Positions 33,082 through 44,000 of a DNA stretch of 64,000 bases are shown here, one piece after another. Source of the DNA: Corallochytrium limacisporum Hawaii (taxonomy: Eukaryota; Protista; Pluriformea); assembly GCA_002811645.1 (NCBI GenBank), contig PDIP01000034.1, positions 1 through 64,000 of the forward strand, read 5' to 3'. A program made the position numbers and the translations under genes. The notes beneath the pieces were generated by a model. That model made no database searches and was not told the DNA's origin. It was given only the letters and a program-made list of their open reading frames with translations. Positions within the stretch are counted from its first letter, which is position 1; the number at the start of each line of letters is the position of its first letter.

Positions 33082-34723
33082 CCCACCCAGGGTCTTCTTT
33101 GACCTTGTCTCTCCCGCCCCCCTTTTCTTACTATCCAAACCTCCGCCGGGAAGGGCAATCACTACCAATTCTCCATGTAAACGCACAACCCAACCGTCAT
33201 ATAGCCCCACCGCACCACCACCAGCGAAAACCATGGTTAATAACGTACCAACTCCAACCCTCCCCTGTTAATCGTACGAGTTTATTTATATCAACCATCA
33301 GGACTTTAGATTATTTGTAGGTACAATAACAAAGAAAAAGTCTTCGTCGTTTGCACCACCTCGATCGAAACACAAATCCCCTTGGAGGAAAACGCCACCA
33401 CCACCATCGTAGTTCGTTTCATCTCTGTTATTATTATTATCTTTGTGTTTTCTTAACCGCCTCCGGTGCCTAATGAACCAGCTATTTCCATTGTGGGTGG
33501 GGTTCCGTGGCGCATTCGTCCCTCTTCCCTTTCTCCCCCCCCCCTCCTCCCCTCCTTTGGCCTTCGATGCTACGGTACCCTTCCATCTCTTGGGATCGTA
33601 CCAAACAAACCCTCTGTGTGATTTAAGCGCCCTTCTCTGTCTCTCACTCTCCCTCTCCCCTCTTTTTGGTTTCAAAACAATGGAGAGAGAGAGAGAGAGC
33701 GCGAGGTATTCTTCAAGAGAGAGTGTGTCTGGAAGGTCCCTCCAGTCGCCAACGACACATGAGGCATGTGACCAGAACGTGGCGCACATGCATGAACTTG
33801 GTGGTTGCATAGAGTGGAGACGTGGCCAACCACACAGATCGCGCTCACCTTTGCCCAGAATTGCGAAAGAAAGGAAAATGACAGACCAATTAACACATGC
33901 ATCCTGCGCAACAACAACAACAACAACAGCCCCACGAGCCATAAACCCGCCCTAACCCACCCCAACCCCAAATTTCCAATTCATAAAACTTTGGACGTCG
34001 TTGAAATTGGACTCGGTGGACAGAGTCGGCATCGCGCCGGCATTAGGAAAAGAAATGTCCGATGTCTGTCGTTTGCTTCTTCGCAAATGAAACAACCGCA
34101 CACACGGCCGCCCGCCCGCGGTTTCTCCTTTTCACCCGGGGAAGGGTTTCTAAACTGGCACCGGTCGTTTCAGAAGCACACTTGGGTTTATATTTTTTCT
34201 TGGTTTATTTTGTTTCTTTCTTTGGCGCAAACTTCCCTTTTTCTTGTCTTTTGGCTTTCGTGGGGCTCTGCTAACTTCTTTCTTGGCGTTGCGCAGATGC
34301 GTAGGGTACTCCTTCCTCTCTCCGCGGCGCACGGTGGGTGGGCGGGTGCGTGGTGTGTATTGTTTTTGGACGAGGGTTGCACATGTCCCCTTTTTTTTGT
34401 TAACTTTGCTGGGTGAGAGGTGAGGTTGCAATCCTTTTTGGTTTTTCTTTTTGTTTTGGTCGTTCGCCCGTGCTGCTGCACTGTCTTTCGTTTTATTTTT
34501 GAGTAAAAGAACAGAGGAGAGGGAGAGAGGGTGAGTGAGTGAGCAGGGAGGAAGGAGAAAAGAATAACCCCGGGGTGGCCAACGCAAGCCAAAAAGCACT
34601 GCGAAGTTGGCAGCCCGCAGGAGCGCGACAGGACTGGGTCTGACACCCTCCCCCCGCGGGGCTTCCTTCCTTCCTTCCTTCTCCCCCCCCGGGCAGGGGG
34701 AAGGCAGAGGGAGGGGGGGCGGC

Positions 34724-35115
34724 NNNNNNNNNNNNNNNNNNNNNNNNNNNNNNNNNNNNNNNNNNNNNNNNNNNNNNNNNNNNNNNNNNNNNNNNNNNNN
34801 NNNNNNNNNNNNNNNNNNNNNNNNNNNNNNNNNNNNNNNNNNNNNNNNNNNNNNNNNNNNNNNNNNNNNNNNNNNNNNNNNNNNNNNNNNNNNNNNNNNN
34901 NNNNNNNNNNNNNNNNNNNNNNNNNNNNNNNNNNNNNNNNNNNNNNNNNNNNNNNNNNNNNNNNNNNNNNNNNNNNNNNNNNNNNNNNNNNNNNNNNNNN
35001 NNNNNNNNNNNNNNNNNNNNNNNNNNNNNNNNNNNNNNNNNNNNNNNNNNNNNNNNNNNNNNNNNNNNNNNNNNNNNNNNNNNNNNNNNNNNNNNNNNNN
35101 NNNNNNNNNNNNNNN
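34724..35115. other. Assembly gap (N run)
   Basis: Run of N flanked by G runs. Confidence 0.99.
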
Positions 35116-35518
35116 GGGGGCCGATGATCTCCATACTTTTAGAACTGAATCTTCCCCTTTCCTACGCGTCCAACACCGCTCTCCCCCGGGGGGGGGGTGC
35201 CCTTGCAACGCCCGGAAATAAACTGAAAAACTTTACCCTCTGGCTCGCCGCGGGGTCGCGGTGTTTCGGTGCGCGTAGGAAACACAAGGCTGCCCCGAAG
35301 ATTGGGAGCCAGAGAGACAGCAGCACATGGATAGGTCCCCTGATTTCACTGATACTTGGAGCCAGTATGTTATTCACTGTGTATGATTAGTGCGAATTTG
35401 TAATGTAGAAGTTCTTTTGGGTCGGACCGAGCACGATGTGTACGCGCCCGGGGCAAGTTTTGCAGCGGGCCCGGGGGTGAGTAGAGGGCCCCGCCGGGGG
35501 GGGGGGTCAGAGGAAGAA

Positions 35519-35559
<41 letters not shown>

Positions 35560-35736
35560 CACGAGCCAGGTGGAGGAGGGGTGGTGTGGTCCTTTCCCGC
35601 TGCAGATAAAATGATCAATCTTTATACTCAGCGTACTGCACACTTTCTCTGAGGGGAGAGGGCTCGGTCAACATCTTGCAAAGTACCGCACGCCCCGTGG
35701 GGGAGGAGGACTCCACGCAGGACTTCCTCCTTTTCT

Positions 35737-35982
35737 GTGAGTGAGTGAGTGACTGAGTGAGTGACTGAGTGACTGAGTGAGTGACTGAGTGAGTGAGTGA
35801 CTGAGTGACTGAGTGACTGAGTGAGTGACTGAGTGACTGAGTGAGTGACTGAGTGAGTGACTGAGTGACTGAGTGACTGAGTGACTGAGTGACTGAGTGA
35901 CTGAGTGACTGAGTGACTGAGTGAGTGACTGAGTGAGTGACTGAGTGAGTGACTGAGTGAGTGACTGAGTGAGTGACTGAGT
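35737..35982. repeat. Composite GAGT/GACT tetranucleotide satellite (about 245 bp)
   Basis: Built only of GAGT and GACT units arranged as 8-mers (GACTGAGT) and 12-mers (GACTGAGTGAGT). Confidence 0.97.
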
Positions 35983-36130
35983 CGGGGTGCTCCGGGGGCG
36001 GCTCTATCTCTCAGGGGTTTTCTTTTAGTAAACTTTGTCCCCCCCTCCCCGGCCTCCTTTTTTGTTTTGCAGTGTTTTCTTCGGTTCATTCAGTACTCCT
36101 TGGGTGTGAACACTGCAACATATCATTTCG

Positions 36131-36133
<3 letters not shown>

Positions 36134-36173
<40 letters not shown>

Positions 36174-36690
36174 CTCTTTGTGTCTTCGTTGTCCCTCGTC
36201 CTTTGGTCCTCACTTCGGTGCCTTGCAACCCCCAAAACCCCCAGGTCCCCTTCGTCCTTCTCCCCTGGCCCGGCCTCCCTAACCCAACCCAACCCCCCCC
36301 TCTCCACCCCAACTTCGCCGGCGGAGGCCGCCGATGTTTAAAAGGCCTCGCTCCATCTCGCTCCTCCGCGCCCACGATCTGACCCGTTTTCCTTTACTTC
36401 TATCTCTCTCACTCCCTCGTCTTTCACCACGGTGCCCAGGTGCCACCAGCTGAACGCAACGTGGTCACTACAACGCACGCAACACACACTCGGACGAACG
36501 GGTGAACCAGACCCAATTGCTGCTGCGGCTGCGGCTGCCCCGGCTGTACTGCCCGCTGCGACATGCAATGAGCATGCAAGGACATGTATTTGCTCAATCA
36601 TATTGAGAGTGACACCGTCCACTTGCCCTTGCAGCGGGGGTGCAGCGCCTAGAACTTGGCACTACTGGATACCAGCGATTCAGCTGCGGA

Positions 36691-36750
<60 letters not shown>

Positions 36751-37559
36751 CTTCCAATTCCCCAGGCATCGCCGCCCCTGGTACGCGCGCAGCAGCTAAC
36801 AACCGAACAAAAAAAAGAGGAAAAGAAAAACTGCGCGGACCAGAGCACACCCAAGAAAAAGTAACGAAGACGAAATATGGAAAGAAAAAAAGGAAAAAGA
36901 AGAGAGACCCCTGTCCTCCCTCCCTCCCCGGGAGAAGGACACGACTCTTCCTTCCTTTCTTTTTCTTTTTCTTTTGCAAACTTTTCCTCTTTTTTCTTTT
37001 TTTAAAAAGCCGTCAGTAACCCGACGGGGAGGGGAGGGGGGCCAGGTGCCTTTGCTTCTTCTCTTACGGTTGGACATTGGCTGTGTGCGGGTTTCGGTAC
37101 ATTCGTTCCATGTCCACCTTCCCCTTTTTTTTCTTTTTTTTCTGCTTTCTTTATTGTATCCTTTGGTTCACGAGTCATTTATTTTCCTTGCTTTTATTGC
37201 TATTATTTTTGCCTCTGTGGAAGGGTTTCTGAATTTCCTCCTTTCTATTCCTTTCTTTTTGGATATTCTCCGTTCACTGTTTCAGTTTGCAAAAAAAATA
37301 AGTCTCCGTTTCCTCTCTCTCTCTCTCTGTCTCTCTCTCTGTTCGCTTTTTGTTCCCTGTTCTCTTTGTGTGTTTTGGGCCTGTGTGTGTGTATGCGTGT
37401 ATTTCCACACACACACACACACCCTCACTCACTCACTCACTCACTCACTCACTAACCACCCGCCCTCCCCTCCTCCTTCTGCGATGGGTGTGCTTGTTTG
37501 GGACCACGGTTGGATTTCGGGTGGTAGGGATTTTTCTATTTTTCGTGGCGTGGTTCATT

Positions 37560-37603
<44 letters not shown>

Positions 37604-37605
37604 TG
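36134..37605. repeat. Cluster of (CT)n, (GT)n, (AC)n and (CTCA)n microsatellites and poly-T tracts
   Basis: CT runs at about 36134-36170, 36694-36747, 37313-37340 and 37561-37586; GT/AC runs at about 37383-37421 and 37586-37604; CTCA run at about 37424-37452. Confidence 0.9.
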
Positions 37606-38043
37606 CGAGACGTAGGGAAGAAGACGGGCGATGTTAGTGCGGTTGTGTGGTGATGATGGGTGTACGTGATTGGCAGTTGTGGAACGACCATGACCATAAA
37701 TGTGTTTGTAGTTTGGAACGTGTCAAAGAGAACATACCAGGTTATTTGAGGGCCCGCCTAATGTCCGGGTGGAGAATTTGGGTGACTTTAAGAGATCTCT
37801 TATGAACGGTCATCGCTTTTGCAGCGGAGCACATTGTAGCTTGTGCGTACCTTACTTGGATTAGAGTGCTAGATCTTCCCAATTTAGAAAAGTTTATCCA
37901 AAGCGGTAGGTTCGAAAGTAAATTGAGATACAGGGCGGAACAATGTTCATGGGCAATATTGGGTAAAGCAACAACAGGGCAAAATCCTTGTAGAGAACAT
38001 CGGGCTTCCCTGACCATACATAAGTTCTAAAACAGATAAGAAC

Positions 38044-41000
38044 ATGGACCCGTACCATCATCCCGAAGTGTCGGAGGATGATGCTTCCCCGTCTCGGTCA
38101 AATAGTTCACCTTCCCATGCGGTCGCGATCAAAGTTTCCGACCACAGTCAACAGCAAAGCCCAGGCGGAGGCAAGAGCCTGGCCTTCTCAGAAACGGACC
38201 TGCGCGGCACCTCGCCGACTTCGGTCGTTGAGGACCATGAGAACACCCCACTGAAGCGCCACTACAGTCAGCCACTAGGCGCCACGCTCGTCGCCAGCAC
38301 CGACCGGTCGAAATTGAAAAAGAAAAAGAACCAGAGTTGGTTCGGCAAGCTCTTCGGCGGTGCTCGCTCGCGAAAGGCGTCGGACAGGAGTGACATGTCG
38401 GGGGAGAGTGTCGGAGCGGGACCGGATATGATGGCACCCCGTCGCAGTAGTGCGGACTCTGCCACCCTGCGTGAGGCTTTCCCGCGTACGAACCATGACG
38501 AGAAAATCCGCAAGCAGCGGTCCCACCAACCGCAGGGTCGCCTCAGTGGCGAAGGCGGTGGCGGTCAGGGCAGCGTCGAGGGCGACAGTTCCGGGTTGCT
38601 CAGTGCGCAGGAGATGTCTCAGATTATTGACACCTATGGGTCACCGACTGGGCGCTCCGGCTTTGCCGGAGGGCAAGGCTCAGGGGGAGTCATGTACGGA
38701 AAGATAGGTTTTCTGCACATTTCCATCATTGGCGCGCGTAACTTGCTCGTGCCAGGACCAGGCGGATCAATTATGACGCGCCGTGAAGCAGAGCGGAGTG
38801 ATGCGACTATGAGTGTGGGCCTGTACTGCAGGCAGTTGGTGGCCCACGAAGTTGCATCACAACTTTCCGTCGACGACTCGCAGCGGGACTCGAAGGTCTC
38901 CCTCGGAAGTAGCGGCCGCGGCAGTGGCGTGGGATTGCAAGGAAAGGGCGCCGAGCGTCTGCCGCAGAGGGCAGCTGGAGGCAGAGTGCTGCAATCATCT
39001 ACAAATTGGGTCACGGCCAGTGACCGGCCCGTGTGGGACGAGAAGGAACGCATTATGGCCAATACGCAAGATGTGGTGGAGCTTGTCGTGTGCATGCACT
39101 ACGGCGACGACATGGACGAATCCGATGACATCATGCCTGGTCACTTGTCGCGGGGATCATCACCGGAGCAGGGCACGATTGACGACTTGCGGAATTCCCG
39201 GGATGGGCGACACGTGCCAATCTCCGACTCAGAGAGCGACAGCGATGATGACAGCTTGGACAACGGCCTAATGATGCCGGACAAAAAGGGTGTGCCGCGG
39301 ATGCCTTCCGCTGTGCCGGATGATCCGCGCGCTGGTGAGGTAATTGGTCGTACCCGGTTTACCATTGGCCTCAAGTGCCGTCCAGGCCTGGAGGTCCGCG
39401 GATGGCTGCCACTGACACCACAGGGTGCTGTGCTCGTGGTGCTGCGGTTCGAACCATTCACACCGTCACAGATCAATGATCTCTTCTCGCTAAAGGAAAT
39501 TGGACCGGCCAGTGACATAAGCGACGCAGAGATCAGCGAGCGGAAAGTCAAACTGTCTCCGGCGAGAAGCAGTCCTTTACGTGCACAGTTCAGTCAGAAC
39601 AACGATGACGGAGGGGGCGGGTCGAAAACGGGGTCCTACAAAGAGGACAGTACCTTGGACGAGCAAATGAAAAAGATGAAGAAGGGGTACGACGTCGGTG
39701 TATCGATGAGTGACCTTGCAGCCATGACCGGAGATCACATTATCCGTCCGGCTGCGGCTCCCATGAAACCTGTGACCTGCGATATCTGCAATCATTTAAT
39801 TTGGTCATCTATGGTGCGCTGCCTGCGGTGCCAGGCCATGGCCCATCGTAAGTGTGTGGAACGCCGGCCGGAAGGCCTCAGTCCATGCAGCGCGGGTCCG
39901 ACGCCGTCCATTTTCGGCGGCAAGTCACCGTCCTCCGGGACTCAGAGTAAGACCTCGCGTGGGGCCAAGAGTTCGAAGGTTGGATCGTCACTGCGGCTGC
40001 CCAAAGGACCCTTGGTGGGACCCAAGTCGCAGGATATCACCATCAACGTGATCAAGGCCGCCGAAGATTCGGACGCTGAGCATGAGCACTCGGCCCCCGT
40101 GACAGATGACATGGCAAAGGATGACATGGTGCTCCACAAGAAGAGCTCTAACAGGGCTGCAAAGGTATCCCAGCAGACAATGGGGGAACGGACTCGAAGT
40201 ATGCGGTCATTCCCGAGTTCCGAAGATATTCCGCGTATTGATCGAGACATGGAAGAAGGCACCTTTGATGTCATCATTTCCAACATCAATGCTCGTCAGT
40301 TGAAGGAGATGCGCTTGTCTCGGGCTTCTGGAGTTAATCTGAGTGGGGAAAGCGACAAGCCTGCCATGGTGTCGCCCCTGTATGTCGTAATTTACTGGGC
40401 TGGTCAGTTGTTCCGGACAGGTCCGGCCACAGAGATCCGGCCCGGTGTGCTGGGGTGGCCACAGAATCGATTCCAGTTCGTCCACCGTGAGCGCGTGGAT
40501 CGCTTGGCATCGCAATCGCTTGTCGTGGAGCTCCACTCTGGCGATCGCACGGAGGAAGAACGCGGTGGCAAGGACAAGAAGGAAACCAAAGGATGGCTCA
40601 GTGGACTGTTCGGCGGCGGTGGCCAATCTTCGAATGAGCACACAGCAAGCAAAGATAGTCTACGCCAGTCTACGTACAGCAATTCTGCGCCTTCCGATCT
40701 GCGCAGCGCGCCGACCGCGGACGACTTGATTGGCTTTGTCATCTTTGACCTGGCTTCAGTGCGGAAGGGGCCCATGCACTACGACTGGCGCTTGGTAAAG
40801 AATGACAAGTTCCAGGGTCGTATTTCTTTTGATTTGGTTATGGATCAGAATGTGGTAGTAACCTTCCGCTTCAAAGACGCTAGGTTCCACCTCACTTCCC
40901 AGGCAGCCGGTGCGGGTGAGGACCCCACCTTGACGCTGCCATCGCTCAAGTCTGCGCTCAAGGGCATTGGCGGTAGCAGTACGTCGCTGAATGAAATGGC

Positions 41001-44000
41001 CGCCGAGGCAGAGGCTAATGCGGCAGCTACCAAAAATAGCATCACTCTCCGCAGTGAAACATTCTACATGGACCCCGCCGAGGACGAGGAGCTTTCTCGC
41101 CCTTCATCTGGCCATCGGAGGAATGCGGATATGAAGCTCGTGCATCCGTACTACTACACCCTCGACTACAATGGTGCGTTGCCCGTGAGCAAGGCCAGTA
41201 CTGTGACTCTGTCACCGACTTGGTCCACCACAAAGCAGATGGTCACTATTAGTGTGCGTTCGAGCGTGCGCGATCTCATCTCCACTGCCTTGCGTGTGAC
41301 ACTGTGGCGCCTACCCCCTCGGTACGTCAGCGCAGACACACCGGTGGACCAAATTCTTCGCTGGGCAAACTTGGACGCCACAGGCATTGCTGCAACTGGC
41401 TCAACTAATTCGGTAAACAGCGGGGACCGCGAGCATGGACCCAAGGGTGATGAAGTAGTGTGCAAGTGCTGGGTCTCTCTTTCGAAGTACCTGGACATTG
41501 GATCCAAGTTTGGCCAGGTGGAACGTGACCTTGCGATTGAGAGGCGCAACATTAACGAACGTCTATTTCGCCACGGTCTGCAATGTGGACAGTTGCGTGG
41601 GCGAATGGAGGTAGAGGGGCTGCCGAGCGTTGTGCCCATGATGGCTGGTGTGAGCAGCGAGACTGGTGTTACACCACATGCAATTATCCTCAATGTTGAC
41701 GATCCGACACTGAGTGATGCGTCTGCGTCAAACACCGGCGCGAATTCGCACATGTCTCTCACAAAGGCCCAGCAACGAGCTCTGCCCAAAGAACTGCGCA
41801 ACTTGGAGAAGGACTATGAAGAGCTCGTGAAACGGCATCACCGGCCGACCGCCAAGTTGGCCACGCCCAAGGCGACTGGCGGAGCTTTTGTCAAGCGATC
41901 CGATTTGGGCTCCAAAACTCAATCGCCGTTCTACTCGCACCAGGCCAGTACCACTACTCCGGTAAGCAATGAGCAGGTGCACGATATTCTGAATCGCATC
42001 CTGTCCACGCTGCAGGCGAGCGCAAAGCGCAGTCTGCGAACCTTTGTATACCAGGACCACGCTGGACTGAACTATGCACGCAGATTGTACCTGAATCTTT
42101 GGGATTTGCTCATTTCTTACGCCGACAGTGCTGCTTACACGGATCGTCGACGTTACTTCCAGATCATTACGGCAGTGACCCGTCGGTCCGAACTGACAAA
42201 CGAACTTCCGGCCTGGAGTAGCAATCCGGAGGGTCTGCTTACAAAGCCCGCGGATGTCATGTTTGTGCAGTGTCTGCGTGTAGTGCTGAATAAGACGGTG
42301 AACTATATTCTGGTCAAGATGGGCAAGCATGCCGGCTCCTACGATGCCCTTCGGGACTTTTCCACCACCATCTTTGTGTACGCGTTTCTCTACCAGCCGT
42401 GGTTGCGTAAGTGCTTCTGCGAGGAACTCCTCAGCGATCAAGAGCGTTATAAACGCATCATTCGTGAGTGGGTGAGTGCGGAATGGGACATTAATGATTG
42501 CAGAAGATGGATGACACCCCAGGCAACGGAGACACATGGTGCGAGCATGGCAATGTTTTCGTCGATCGACATGAAAGATCTCATTGACCGCGCACCGGCC
42601 AAGACGAAGAAAGGTCTGGGCGCCCTGGATCATCTCACATCAGGCCTGAATGAGGATGAAATTGTCTCCAAGATGCACGAGATTCTGCACCAGCGCCTCA
42701 GACACCGTGGTATCTTCTTCTTTGGCTTTGTGCAGCAGCTAATGAAGCTAGTCGGCAGCAGCGCGGATGCGAAAGGCGTTGACTATTCGTGGCACCATCT
42801 GGCTGGGTACCCACAGGTCCTTAAGGCAGCGCTGATGGAAATGCGCCGGCGCAAAGTGGAAGCGTACCCCGATGCTCTCATGGATACGGTGCGATCATTA
42901 CAACGCGATGAGGACACGGTAAACACGCTTATGCACATAGTCGTGGGACGCAGTAGTGTCTACAATTTGCAGCAGGTATATGCCAGTCTGCAGTTCCTGG
43001 ACGTAGTGTTGGAAGGCATTCGGCAGCGTGCCATGCGTCGGAACACCAACAATAATTTAATCCAATACGTGGCCGCGTCTGCGGCAGCCAAGGCACTGCG
43101 TCAGAACCAAAACTCGGAGTCCGAAGACGGCCGCGCGCGGTCCGATATTTCCCACAGTGAGGTCCAGCGAGCGGCGGAGGCGCTACAGATCCACCAGCGA
43201 CCTACACGCGTCGGTCGCACTCGGTACGACTCGACGCGTTCTGAAGTGTATGACCCCTTGTCTGACATTGGTGGCACAAGCCCGGGCGGTGGAGGTTCTA
43301 GCAACGCTATGCTCGGTATGGGCATGCTCGCTGCCATTGAACAGCGCCGCCTAAATGACATGGCGGGCGGTGCAGTGATTGATGGCACGGCCGCTCTGGC
43401 TATGGCCCAGAAGGAGAGCTCTAGCATGTACTTCTCCGTCTCAGATGTTGTCATCATCAGTGCCTATTTGCCTGAGAAGTTTGATTATGACTTCCTGCTT
43501 CGGACGCTAACCATTTTGATTGATCAGGAACACGTCGAGATTATGGCCATGACCCTGCGCCTGATCTACTATAATCTTGACCTCATGGGCCCAAGCCGTG
43601 CCCCGCGATTGGTCGAGAGTCTCTTTGACGAGAATCGCTTCTACCGGTTCCTAATGCATTTTGATCTGCAGGTTCGTAAGGCCTTCATGCACGTCATGTT
43701 CTCAATGATTTATTATGAGTTGTACCTTCAGGGTGTCCTAGCTGAACGGCGACGTGAGGTGCTCGGTGATGACTACGAAACGGTGTTGCACACGCAGATT
43801 TCTACTGGTGACGACACCTCCCTGCGACGCATGGTCAGCGTTGGCGGCGGCGCACGTGACGCTGGGGGCACCGCTGGCCGCAGCCTGAGCCGAAAGTCAT
43901 CTGTTGCTTCAGTCCTCTCCGCTCGTGAGCCAAGCGCAGCAATCGGCATTCCTCGCTCGAATTCGGCACGCGAATCGCATGCTTCCGTGTCTGGGGCATC

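Noticed and set aside
33949-36300. CCCTAACCC telomere-like seeds (about 33950 and 36277) as a telomerase template or interstitial telomere
   Set aside because: These are single degenerate copies within C-rich low-complexity DNA.
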